From positions 1-64,000 of the forward strand of contig OZ025656.1 in NCBI GenBank assembly GCA_964019335.1: a stretch of 64,000 nt of DNA, read 5' to 3'. Positions 47,401-59,627 of this stretch are shown piece after piece. The notes under the pieces were generated by a model, which ran no database searches, was not told the DNA's origin, and saw only the letters and a program-made list of their open reading frames with translations. Source of the DNA: Diplonema japonicum (taxonomy: Eukaryota; Protista; Euglenozoa: Diplonemea). The number at the start of each line of letters is the position of its first letter. The first letter of the stretch is position 1. Position numbers and translations under genes: made by a program.

Positions 47401-50400
47401 ACTTGAGTTGAGGCTCCACATATTATTGCATTTGCACGTGCATGAGTGCCCTATCCTGATGTTCTGGCCGTGGCTGTGACACATGGCATCGCTGCAATCC
47501 TGATTACAAAGAGGATACTCACGCTTCCCATAAATGCACTCATCACAGTTTGCAGCATCCATCCAGGTGCCTCCCATGATGTACCCGTGCCTCCTCTTCC
47601 CTGTGAGATCAATCACCCAGTGTAGTTTGGTAGTATCTGCCTCGTTTAGCACTCCAGGCTTGTAGCCTCTCTTGCAGTTTGGAGAGATTGCAGTTGTCTT
47701 GCTTGATGACAAAGCTTCTCCACAGTTCCACGACAGTGGAGTCCCGTCACGAGCGTTCCCTTCGCCACGGTAAAGGACAAACAGGCCAGCCTCCTTGCCA
47801 GTGAGGGAATCCTTATCTGTTTCCCTTATCTTGCTGTCGCTTCTGTAGGTATAGAAGACAGCAAATTCAATGAGTTCGGCGTTGCTGACATGGCCATACG
47901 GCGACCCAAGCAGCACGATGTTCGTATGCAGCCCTGAGTAATAGCCGCCCATCAGGATCTGCGGGCTGGAACGGCCCTTGATACACGTGTCTTTGACACC
48001 GTCAACAAAGCCACAGAGCTCCCCATATCTGCTTCTGCTGTATCTCAGTGTGAGGAAGTACTTTGTTTTAGCGTAGATCCTAGTCTTCAGTACAAGAGGC
48101 GCATCCCACTTGCTCCAACCAGTAACCTTGTAAAGTTTTATTTGTATTTCCCCTGCGTCAGACCCAGGCGCAAAAACAACATTCGCATGTAAAACAGCAG
48201 GAGTAGCCGAATAACCTCTACTTGTCCCCCCCATGTTCATGCCAATGATGGGGTGAGTGCCTTCGGACTCAAACATCCTGAAAACTATTTCCCATGTTGC
48301 GTCATTAGCACGAACATAAGTGCGGTCACAGTTCTTGCTGTTGCAAAAGGACGGAACTTGTATGCCACGGATCCCATAATTCAGGCATGGTCCTTCAGGA
48401 CCGGGAATCAAGTCGCACCCTGCATTCTTGCTATTGTCGGGGTACAGGACAGGGTTCACATCGGCACGTGCAGGTTCTTCAACGTAAGGGGCCACACACA
48501 CGGAACACGTTGGCCCTCCGTACTTGGATCCGGCGGGACACTCACACCCGCAGGCACCGTAAATCCATGTATCACCATACCACGCCACGGCAGGGGGGTC
48601 GGTGTCCAAGCCGCCATACTCACAAATATAGCCCTGAATCCTGTAGTTGTCGTACTTGTAGTCATTCCACCTCCCAGCTGTGTAGAAGTGCGCGTAATTC
48701 TCAGGCAGATTCTGGTAATTATTCGGCTCCCTGTACGCCCAGTTGTTGTACTGGTTGTCAACACGTCGACCGTTCCACCCCCCTTGCCAGAATCGTCTGC
48801 CCTTGCCACCCTCTTCCTTACCCTCAGGGCCCTCGACCCACCTCCACTCGCCTTCTTTTCCAGCATCGCTGGCCCCCATCCAGCCAATACCATGTAATTT
48901 CGACGTAATATGCAAGTTCTCGTCTTCAGATGTTATAGTCGCCAAGTAGCCCTGCATCCCGAACATGTTGGTTGACGCGCATGCTGAGCGTGCATTAAAC
49001 CATGTGATCTTCCGGCTCGGGTAGTAGTGGTACAAGTGACCAGTTGATTTGATGTACACAGCGTCAGCAAACGTGTAAATAACCCTCCTTGGGTCTTTGT
49101 TTGAATTCGTTGAGACGAAGTAAACCTTTTTGAGCACCTCGCTCCAGTAGGTCAGGGTTTCCTTGCCGTTGTTCGACTTAGTCAGCTTGATAATGCCTCC
49201 TGCTGAGTCCCAGGAGGAGACGATGCTCGAGTCAATGCCGCCATAGACAAGGGTGTCGCCACTTGTGTAACCGTCGTCAATTTCGAGAGTCAAAGTGCCT
49301 GTCATGATAGAAGACGTCACGTTGCGATCATCAAACATAAAAACCTTAAGTCCTTGGCTGTACTCCGTAAAGTGCCCCTTACCCCCGTTGCTACAGTGAT
49401 CATCCCCACAAGACCTACACAGAGGATAATCATACAGCCCAGGAGCGCAGCTGTCGCAAGTCGCCTGGTCGTACTGCTCAGGACATATCTCGCAACGTGT
49501 TCCTTGCCAGTGGTCCTTGCATAAACACACGCACTCCGTTGCCTCCAAGGTTGGTGCCGCGTTGGGAACGCCAGTCCCATGTCCGCTGCAAGAGGACTCG
49601 TCGCACTTCACTTTGCAGTCCCTGTGTGGGCCGCCAATCCAGCCCTCCTTGCACTTGTAGCAAGACACGTCACAGAGATTGCATTCGCAAGTCTCGGACT
49701 TGCAGCTAGCACACTCCCCAAAGTTCTGCTTTACCTCGTTGTCTGTCAGTGGGTGGTCGTACACCCTCACGTCGATAAGGCACCCACTGAAAGGTAGGGC
49801 ATTGCCTGTGTTGGTAGCTGTATTCGCAGTCCATGATACTGCCGTCGTCACGTCAATTGTTTTCCCTATTGAAACAACGTCACTAACCTCACCGTTCTTG
49901 AACGTCATCGCCTTGTTGTCAGGGAGCTGCATGAAGCCAAACTGAAGAAGCTCGTGCTCTGAAACAGGCTGATTCAGGAGGGGGCTTAGGTTACCGCTAG
50001 CATCGACAGTGCGGATTGTCAAGTCGGTGCCGTCAACTTCAAAGCGCAGCAGAGTTCCTGCGGGGCCGACAATCCAGTTGAATGCGTTTTTTTGGCCAGT
50101 CAGCCAGACGGATGGCTGCACACGGTACTCTATCGTGTAGCCAGTGGTCAGATCGATGGATTTCAGTGCGTTAATGTTGAGGTTGATCGGAGATGGCGAC
50201 ACAGGTTCATCGGGATTAGTGTAGTAGGAACTGAAACACCCTTGGTGCTCGGGTGTCCACAACACAGGCGCCACTAGCGTTGCGTCATACTTAGTACCGT
50301 TGGAGATATCCTTCCATGTCGTTCCCACCGCTGGATATGAAGACCGGGACCTCGCGTCATAGTGAGCAACAAGGTCTCGCGTGACTATACCAAAACGCTG

Positions 50401-53142
50401 AATGTCATGGTCCCAGTTCTGTTTGAGGCAATGGTCATTAAGAAGAGACGAGTAAAGTCGGATGTTCACTGTTTTACCACGGAAGTTTTCTGGGTCCCCG
50501 AAACCTGACGGGACCGTGTCTTGCCTTGCATTCCAAATCCACCCGTTCAGCGCAGCAGTGGTAAGTGGACGCTCAACATTGTTGACCCAGTCAGAACATT
50601 TACCGTTTGTGATCATACACACCCGTTTGTTTTGCGCATCGTACTGAATGCCCAGCTGCATGACCTCATGGTCGTTGTAGGGCACCTCAGTGCCGCTGAC
50701 AGACTCAAGTGAGTAACTGGAATCCTGGGAGTTCTCCTTGCAGACATATGGCAAAGACTTGGTGCAATCAGCAGCGTAAATATTTGGGGAGTTTGCCTCA
50801 GCGTTGAGAGGGTTATTGACTTCTCTCATCGTTGCACACAAGTTCCCTGTCTGTACAGCCTCACGCCAGAAGGGATAAGCCTCCTCGTAACGTACCTTGA
50901 TTTCAGCATCAGAGAGTACACGTTCCCACAGAGCTACCTTTGCATAGATGCCTTTGAACGACGCTGTTAGCGCGTCTTCGCGTGACCTTCTGCCGAGTGC
51001 TAGGAAGTTTGAAGTCGCAGAAAACTGCCTAATGGTTGCCGTGGCTGTTGCGCCGTACATTTTGCCATTGTGATAAGCTGTAACTGTACCCGCGGAGTTA
51101 TACGTAACGGCTATGTGCACCCACTGCACGTCGTGAAGAGGAGGGCCGTTGAAGTTAGCACGCCCCACATCCGTTGAGGAGGTGCCGTACACGATGTTAT
51201 CGACTGCCGCCCAAGAGAAGCCATCATTTTCGCCAGGTGACAATCCATCGAAGACGGTGCTGCCAATATCGCCATTTGTCAGCACAATGAGACCCATGTC
51301 GTGGGAACGCATGCCGTCGATACCCTTCACCCACACCTCAAGTGTGCGATCAGTGAGCGACGCAGCAAGTGGTGCTAGCACAGCAGAGCTCCCATCAAGG
51401 TACAGGCCTGCGTCTGTGACTTGAGGGTTAGAAGTGCCCCATGGTTGGAAGCACATTGGCGTGGGAGCAGAGACAGCACTCCCTCCCGTGGGGCAGATGT
51501 TTGTAGCATCAACTATTGCACTTGAACCATACTGGACGAAGTTCCATTCCGCAAGCAAGCCCGAACGCCCACCCACGTTGTTGAAGGTTGCTGGGACTAG
51601 GGGGAAATAGGAAGACGGTGATAGAGGTGACCCGTCAGCAAAAATGAATTGCTCGTTCGCAGCCGATCGCTGCGCCCCTGCCCAGAATGTAGGCTGGTTT
51701 GCTGAAATTGCAAGCGACCTAATGAATGCAAATTCACTCGAGCTCTCGACAGATGCTATATTGGCACTTGTACCGTAACCTTTGCACGTTTGCACCGCAG
51801 ACGCAAAGTCAGCAGGTGTCGTGATCACCGAGTAGCAGTGGCCATCGTAATAATCCCAACCTGTTGCGCACTCACGGCTGCTGATTGTTTCGTTGCTGCT
51901 AGAAGGCCCGCTCGAGAGGGACAAGAGCTCGTTCCCGTTTGCATCGAACACGTTGCTCAAGTGATGCGAGCCTGAGGTGCGTGCGGCCGCAATGATCATC
52001 TCGATGGTGTAGCTACCAGTCTTCCCAATACCCCCCAACGCGTGGAGAGCACTGCCGTTGAGCTCGACGTAGTCGCTCTTTGGGTAGTCGGCCTCAGGGT
52101 ACGAGAACACCCCCCCATGGTACGGTGCCCAGTGGCTTGCCCCGTGCATCTGCCCATGGCGATCGTTGCCAGAGATATCTTTTATCTGTGTTGGGCAGGC
52201 GCCTGTGGCATCGCACCCGAGGTAGCTGCTCGCCAGTCCTGCATCGTAGTACAGCTCCAGATCACTCATGCAGATACCAAAATGATCGTTGATGTCTTTG
52301 AAATTCGACACGACCTCTGCTGGTGTCAAGGCTTTGTTGTATATTCTCACTGCATTCAGCCTGCCCTGGTAGGCTTCCTGTGCGTTGAACCCGCCGTTCA
52401 GTTTGTCTTGTTCTTGGTTCAAGACGAAAGCCGCACACTGCTTCAAATCAAATGTGCCCTTCGCGTCATGATCGTCAAGTGAGATGTCGTAACTCGCTTG
52501 GATGTGACCGTCTTTGTAGGCACTGAGCTGGTACATGAGGTCAGTTACACCAGGTGTGCATGAAGAGTCCCCCATCTTGCACCCTACAGCGTGCTTCTGC
52601 AGTGTGACTGTGAGGTGCATGGACTCGTACTGCCCGTAAGATATGTGGGGGAACCCTTTGCCCGAAGTGGTTGTCACGGCGTAGTCAGCGGAAGAGAAGT
52701 CAATGAAAGAGCTGCCGTCACTATCGGTCGCAAGGTACATCAGAAAAATGTCCTCGGCAGAGCTGCCTGTATCACGCACACATGATAGCAGCGAGAAGAA
52801 CCCGCCATGTGGTGTGGCTGGTGAGAAGAAAACTTCTATAGTCCACTCGTCACCCGTGAGGCCCATGGCAGCAGGGGGCGGTGCCTTCATCACGTTCTCG
52901 CTCTGTGCTAATGTGAAGTCGAAGTCTTTCTCGTTAGACCTGTAAATGCTTCCCCACTTAGGCCCCTCAAGGGACACGTCGTTTCCCTTCCCCGATAAAT
53001 CCTTCCACACGCTCTGTCCTGCGGTGTACGATCCCGTGGCGGCAGAGTCCACGTACATCAAGAGGTCGGTCGTCACGTACGTCGCATCGCACGCCGACAG
53101 CAGGGCAACAGCTAGAGCACACAGCGTGCTCTTGCAATACAT
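26456..53142 (-). CDS. Giant (~8870 aa) type I membrane protein: LamG-like, C-type lectin and many laminin-type EGF repeats
   Basis: Signal peptide, several LamG-like and two CTLD modules, a very long array of HCS.HA..C.C.C...W.G..C..CP repeats, a beta-rich stalk, and a TM segment WWILLLPLPCLLLIILFMY. Introns 27334-27369 and 26585-26625 join the C-terminal exons in frame. Confidence 0.9.
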
Positions 53143-54423
53143 TTCTTCTCGTGAGGCCTGTGTGAGTTAACTTGGAAATGGATAGTATGAAATAACATAG
53201 GCACGGCAGAAGAAATAATAGCCAAACAGGCCCTGTTTAACACAAATATTTAGCGCCTGCAAGAGTCAAGGAGTTGTGCTCTCGAGGCCGTTATTAAAAT
53301 ACCCCAGGAAGTAAAAAGTGTAGTTGAAAAGAGGTCGCTCGTTGCAACTATCTCCTGTTATCGAAGGAACACGGAGAAGGAAGAACTCGCTATTGTTACA
53401 AAGGAAATTGGTTCCAACTCATCTTCTGCCTACACTCCCGCCAAACCCATTTTCTACACCTTTTACTTCCTGTGTTCCAAATTAAATGTTCCATTCGAGG
53501 AACTTACACTTAAATTGTGTTGTGGCCTTACACTCAGCTGGTGCCATGACAGGTGTAAGAGTGCTCATCACCCTGGTGACCTCCTTGATGGGCACCAAGG
53601 TCGGCGTTCAGAGGGAAAGGTGTAACAAAAGTAACGAAGCAACCTATGTAAGAAAGGGGTGACTTACCAGCAAAAGACAGGCACTGGGTGAAGCCAACAA
53701 CACATGTAGCCCCACAGGGCACTATATCACAGAATCCCATGAGCTCTAATTGTTTTTTTTTAAGAAAAAAGATAAAGGAAAATAAAAGAGGGAAAAGGGA
53801 ATAAAGGGAAATAAAAGCTTAAAAAAAAAATAAAGAAATAAAAAATAATAAAAAAATAAGAAAGACTAAACAATGGAACAGACAGCTAAGGATGGTGTTT
53901 TCATGTTTTTTCTCATATGGCCCCTAACTTTCTAAAAGAAACACTAATTGGAGACGAGGAAAAGTGTCAGATTTTAAAACATTTATATTCTGGCCCCGGA
54001 ATGCTCAAAGTATAAAATATTGAGCACAGCACTTCAACAACACCGCAAGCCTACGACCCGACATCCGAAGGCCTAGAACGCGCAGACTTCCTCCGGTATT
54101 TGTAGAAAGCAGCAGAGCTCTGCCAGGGCAAGGGCAGGTGAGCACCCGAGCAATCGGGGGGGGGGGGGGGGGGGGATATTTGGTTTTCACATCACGACTA
54201 CCAGACTCACCTCCTTGGGGTGGCAAAGGGGAAGAAAAGGGTCCCGAGAGGCAGGTCAGTCCTTGGAGAGAACTGACAGGACTCCGAAGAAAAGGTTTAA
54301 AAACAAACTCGTGTACGACCTTTGGAAAGTGGGCCATAAAACGCTGGACGCTAATTCATAACAAAGACGTTCTGGTACTGTGTGTAGATCTAGGCATAAG
54401 CTTATAGGACATGGGTGCGCCGC

Positions 54424-55256
54424 TTAGGATCTGTAGATGTAATGACATTGATTGGTGGCATACGACATCAAGCCCCTTGCACCACTGAGGAAGGCATTGT
54501 AGTCACTGTCTTTCGAGTACTTCTCGTGAATCTCCTTGGCCTTCTCGTCGCCATTTTGAAGCTTCTCGCCGAAGTCTATTAACACCTGCTCCTCGTTTCT
54601 TTTGTCCATTTTAGTCTGTTTCTGCAACACTGTGTCTTTCTTTGTGCCACCCGACAGCAGTTTGGAAGCAGCAGCAGTGAAAGCCTCCATGTCCTTTGAG
54701 GTTGTGAACTCGTTGTGCACCTGTGTTGAAGTGCAAGGCAAAACGTATATCTGCATACCAGCTGTGCTTCCTCGTTTCCTTCCTGAAGCAAAGCACCGAA
54801 TCTTATCAGCACGTCCTCCTCGTCGTCCTTCGACAGCTTGTCGTGGCGCCCGTGACCACCATGGTGACCATGCCCGTGGTTGTACTCATGGTTTTCCTGG
54901 TAGTTCTGGTGTGCCTGTTGTATTACAATTCTCTAGTGTGCATACTCGTTGGGGCTTCTGGTACCCGCCCATGGCCTGCATGTTCATCATGGCTTGCACT
55001 GCGTCATTCCCTCCTCGACTGATGGTCACGTTGATGGCGCGAGGCCTCCCCGTGGTTCGGTCAGGTGAAACATCGAATCTTACCTACAAAATGTGATAAG
55101 GTGCATAACAAGGCATACCGCCTCACCTCCCTCAGGCCTCAGGGCGTTGTTGATGACCGAGTAGTGCAAAAATATGTCTTGAGCGCCGCCATCGGTCCTC
55201 ACGAAGCCATACCCCTTGTCCTTCCACCACTTCGTTATAGTCCCGCTTTGGGCCAT
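54424..55256 (-). CDS. Cold-shock domain protein with a duplicated C-terminal helical repeat (only fragments appear in the ORF track)
   Basis: Spliced reading MAQSGTITKWWKDKGYGFVRTDGGAQDIFLHYS...VRFDV...RAINVT. Introns 55084-55118, 54915-54945, 54721-54758 and probably 54431-54463. Confidence 0.85.
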
Positions 55257-55325
55257 GTTAACAAGAGCTAGCTGGATGCGGTGAGATTAAGCGAAAACCA
55301 AAAGCATAACGTAATACAAGGCATG

Positions 55326-57611
55326 CTACTTCCATGGGCACGATCTAGATTCTCTGTCTACTTGGCGTAGCACAAGTGACAGGCGTTTTGCATGTGTTGG
55401 GGTTTGGGTGGTGAGGGTGTGGGTAGTTTTTGATGGCGGTGAGGCAGGTGCGGGTGCAGGTGCAGGCAGGTGTATGTTGTGGAACACGTCAGCCGATGCT
55501 GCAATAGAATAGACTTGCTTCAGGATATTATGCGCGGAGTTCTGAGAACGTGGAAGCACAACTGATTGGACGACCACGCCGCAGTGCACGAGCAAATGAT
55601 TCCCCACTCTTGAATACATCACCTTCTTCACAGCAGCGCACGCATCCCCGTCATGGTAGTAGAGGACATTTCCCTGTAGTTGGAAACGAGCTGTTCTTGA
55701 CAGCACCACCCCACTTGAGGCGTAACCAGGACCACAGCAGACGGGTACTGGGGCTGCACAGGCAGGAAGGGGTTTCAGACAGCTCGTGAGTACGGGTATG
55801 ATTTCTTCTGTGACCTCTATACTGCTTTCCTCCCCTTCTTCGTTGCCTTGAGAGGCATCACTGCGTGCTGAGTCTTCGTGTTCAGAAGCCAAGTCAGTGT
55901 AGCTGGAGACGTCATCGACCGGAGCAGCATGCAACAGAGAAGCTACACTGGGCGACGGGGGTGGGGGTGGTGGCCTTCGTTTAGCTTTAGTGAGTTTCGT
56001 GTTTAAGAAGGCTTCCCAACGTGTAAAATATCTTAAAAACATGTCCAGGCGGACCTGCAAAGCAATGAATTCAAAAGCAGGTTGCACAGCGGCCCACAGT
56101 TGTCTGGAACGCTTCGCAAGGAGCCGCTGTTGTCCCTCATATGTTTGCTTGAACACAGATTCTTTTTTATGTGTGCACTGGAAACAGAGGATGCCTTTCC
56201 TCGCATTACAGTATGCCACGCCGAAGATACACCCCCCAGGCCCTTTGCTCTGGTTTTCTCTCATATCTTTCTCTACCAATTCCTTCAGAGAAGGCTCACT
56301 CTCTTCCTCTACCTTCGGACACGGGACGGGCACCCCGTAGCATTCGGTCTCTAATCTTTGCAAGAGGTCTTTCTCATTCCCTGTATTATCCTTGATGATT
56401 TGCTCTGCTTCGCCCGACGCTACTTTATCAGGATAGTACATTCTGAAGTATCTGCGAATGTCATCCAAAATAAGTTCTTCCGGTTCATATTCCTCGCGTA
56501 GTTCCCTTATCAACGTGTCTTCTTTTCCTTTGTAGTCTTCCAGAAGGTTGCCTAACCTCCTCAACCTTGGTGGGTCATGCATCGATAGGATGCGGTATAT
56601 CTGTGCCCGGTACTCGTCAATGATGCCGCGCGCTGCCTCAATCCCTAAATACTTCTTTGAGATGGGACCGTGTTTCGTGTTGACTGTTTCTGTGCTCTGC
56701 TGATATCGCGACAAGAGTTCTGCTTCTTGCTTCCTATTGTTGTGTCTTGACTCAAGTTCTCGTAAAGTTCGCTTCTGCTTCTCAAACACCTCCTGCTTAA
56801 GCTCGCCTTCCATCTGCTGCCAATCAATGGGTTCGTACTTCTGGCGCAGCAGCGCCAGCAGTTTGGCTTCGTCCATCTTGTGCAGTACCATCCACTTGTC
56901 GATTTTTTCAATGTGTGCTGGGTTGTGCTTCTGAAGGATTGCCACTATCTTCTGTCTGTCAGTGGTGCAGGTGGCTTCGCGATGTGATAATACTGAGAAA
57001 ACCGAGATGGTTGCCGCACCACAAGGTGCTGAAGGGCCTCCACCCTTGCTCTTGAACTTCCTGAGAACGCCAATCGACGAGATTGGCATATCAGGGGTAA
57101 AGGCCGACTCGTTATTTCTCTCTAATTTTTGTTTTGGGGGAATAATAGCCTGGTTACGAATCTCTTCATCTATATGTTCGTACGTCAGCGATACCTTGTG
57201 CAGCAACTCCTCCTCCCATGTGCAATACAAGCCTACTTCAGCCGAGCTGTAGAAGGGTCTGTCCTTCAGAAGGCTGTCTACCTTTGTGGCAACTTCTGTG
57301 TCTGTCAAGATCTGCTTGTTGTGATCTTTGATTAGCTTGAAGAGTTTCCTCTTCGTTGAAACCACTCGCTTGCGCTCTTCTTGTCGCTCGTATTCGTGCT
57401 GCTCATATTTCTGAAGCACTTCACTCAGAAGGGCTGACTCCCTTCCTGAGTGCTTGTCCAGCATTCTGTCTACATCGGCTAGCTTCCTGGGGTTATGGTT
57501 CTTGTACAGCTCTATGATTCTCGTACGGACATCACCCGGCTCCACTGCGCTCTCCTCACGCAACCAGCTCACATCTGCATCATTCATGGCCCCCAACTGC
57601 ATGCGTTGCAT
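55326..57611 (-). CDS. Hypothetical protein with four or more short helical repeats (Y..HNP.KL..VD.LL..Y.G.E..L...L..KY)
   Basis: 761-aa ORF in which the motif recurs visibly. Confidence 0.7.
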   Translation of the reverse strand: MQRMQLGAMNDADVSWLREESAVEPGDVRTRIIELYKNHNPRKLADVDRMLDKHSGRESALLSEVLQKYEQHEYERQEERKRVVSTKRKLFKLIKDHNKQILTDTEVATKVDSLLKDRPFYSSAEVGLYCTWEEELLHKVSLTYEHIDEEIRNQAIIPPKQKLERNNESAFTPDMPISSIGVLRKFKSKGGGPSAPCGAATISVFSVLSHREATCTTDRQKIVAILQKHNPAHIEKIDKWMVLHKMDEAKLLALLRQKYEPIDWQQMEGELKQEVFEKQKRTLRELESRHNNRKQEAELLSRYQQSTETVNTKHGPISKKYLGIEAARGIIDEYRAQIYRILSMHDPPRLRRLGNLLEDYKGKEDTLIRELREEYEPEELILDDIRRYFRMYYPDKVASGEAEQIIKDNTGNEKDLLQRLETECYGVPVPCPKVEEESEPSLKELVEKDMRENQSKGPGGCIFGVAYCNARKGILCFQCTHKKESVFKQTYEGQQRLLAKRSRQLWAAVQPAFEFIALQVRLDMFLRYFTRWEAFLNTKLTKAKRRPPPPPPSPSVASLLHAAPVDDVSSYTDLASEHEDSARSDASQGNEEGEESSIEVTEEIIPVLTSCLKPLPACAAPVPVCCGPGYASSGVVLSRTARFQLQGNVLYYHDGDACAAVKKVMYSRVGNHLLVHCGVVVQSVVLPRSQNSAHNILKQVYSIAASADVFHNIHLPAPAPAPASPPSKTTHTLTTQTPTHAKRLSLVLRQVDRESRSCPWK

Positions 57612-57660
57612 TGTATGTAAATTGCTAGTTAATATACAACACTATATGTCTGTTTAAGTA

Positions 57661-59482
57661 TTAGCAGAACTTCCAAGCATTGCCGCAGTTTACACAAGTC
57701 ACGAATGTGGTCATCGGCTCATCGGCGGATCGCGTCTGCATCTGGAAGTATGTCGTTTTGTTCTGGTTGCAGCGCCCGCAACGGAACTGGTCGGTGACAG
57801 CTGGCTTTGTGAAGTCAGTGCGCATGGCATCCCTGCAAATGAGTGGTGTCCGAGTTGTGCATACCTCATGTATTCGGTTGTGTCTTTGCGCTCCTTCCGC
57901 TTCTCAGGGTTCGCCATGTCTGTGACAGACATGGTGTTGACAAGGTAGTACGGCGAAGGCTTCGACAGCACACGGTGCCGGAAGTCAGCGTTTTTAGGAT
58001 CTTCTAAGTTTGTTAATATCTGTCTGTATTTTGTCATTTGCTGAGTTCGCTTCCCCGTCTCAGGGTCAAGAGGGTAGCTGATCTCCAGCTGGTTCACAAT
58101 TTCATGTGCGAGGTAATCCAAAAGGAGGCTTTCGCTAGCAAGTGGGATGGATTTGCCTTCTGGGTCCTTGGTCTTGAAGGCATTGACCAGCTTGGCATGC
58201 ATCCCAGTACGATAATCACCCTCAGGTCTCTTTTGAATCGTGACCTCCGTCTTCCCGTTCACGTCGATTTCCGAAAGCGTAGTCTGGCTTTCTTGGGATG
58301 GTTCTTCGGCCGCACTTGATCCTTGTGTGTCCACTGTGCTTTGCGTAGGGATGTTGATCTCTTGGGTGTCTGCCTCGGTTTGCGACTGAAGGGATGTCTG
58401 CGAGGGCATTTGCGTGAAAGTAGGCTTGCGGGCTTTGTTGGACGGCTCATGAATCAGAGTTTTCCACATCTGAATCAGGACTTTCGCAAGTGGCTGCAGT
58501 GGCGTGTTGATCAATTTCACCACAGTCTTGCCGATGCCGACGTCCTTTAGTTGGTCCAAGCGCGGGCCATAGAAGGCAAGCTCGGAGAGGATATCCCTCT
58601 GCCTGCTGAGGCATCCTGTGATGATAGCGTTCTCAAGGTCCTCATTCATCTCCATCAACTTGTCTGTTCGAATAGACTTCTTACCCGACTCTAGCCTTCT
58701 CCTCTCCTCTTGAGCCGATAAAGACTCCGTCTTTGGCTTCTTAGCTGTTGGTTTTTCAATGGGCACTCGTTCGGTGTCGCTTTCTGCCTCAACACTCTCG
58801 AGGTTGTCCATCTTACGCTTTGCATCCTTCTTTTCCTTCTCCTCTTTCCTTTCTTTCTTATCCTCCTTCTTTTTCTGTGTTTTTTTTTGTGGGGGTGCCG
58901 ATTCTTTTAAATACCTTTTTGTCTTCTTTCTTCTTCTTTTTATCTTCTTTCCTCTTCTTCTTGTCAGCCTTAGCCTTCGCCCGTAGATCATCTTCATCGC
59001 TTTCATCAGCATCATCCTTTGTGGCGTCCTCTGCAGCCTTCTCTGCAGCTTCCATTTCTGCCATTTCATCAGCGAAATCATCTCCTTTTTCCTCCTGATC
59101 TATGCAAATGTGTAAGCTCTCCTTCCATACCTTGGTTGACCTGCCCTAGGGCCACAAGATCCATAGTGAGGCCTAATTTGGAGTCCTCCTCGGCCTCCCC
59201 TAGTGCGACTTCTAACTCCTTTGCCTGAGCCTCGTCACCGACGTCGGAGACCTTTGCTTTGATGTTCTCATCTGTGAGGTCTTCCACTTTCAGGTCCTTC
59301 AAGAGGCTCTCTTCCGTGATGTACTCTATTGAGTATGATTGATAAAAGATCACCGTAGTCCCGCTGTTGGGGTCATGACCTCCTAAGTCATCAGCGCTGT
59401 GTCCCTCGATCACCTTACCTGGCCACCACGGCGAACCCTCACACTTCGCCCATACTTGCTTAACGTACTTAATCTCCGACAT
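57661..59482 (-). CDS. Transcription elongation factor TFIIS with an N-terminal PWWP domain, 4 exons
   Basis: VWAK..SPWWPG; GIGKTV..L...WK (domain I); [11 protein letters not shown] (domain II); zinc ribbon [32 protein letters not shown]. Introns 59100-59130, 58875-58914 and 57833-57864. Confidence 0.92.
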
Positions 59483-59627
59483 GTGCTGCCCCCCACGGTG
59501 CTTTAGTGAATGATAGCAAGACCTTTGCGCCAAGCGCAAAGTGCACATGATGAACCATGGCGAATGAAAAAAACTGATTCAAAAACGCTGTAAAGGCGGC
59601 CTTGGGCCGCCCAACAATCATAACTCT

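Noticed and set aside
27432-53170. Many short overlapping ORFs within the giant gene
   Set aside because: Alternate-frame and antisense by-products of the Cys-rich repeats.
57661-59482. PWWP-TFIIS fusion as a novelty
   Set aside because: This architecture is already known from trypanosomatid TFIIS2.
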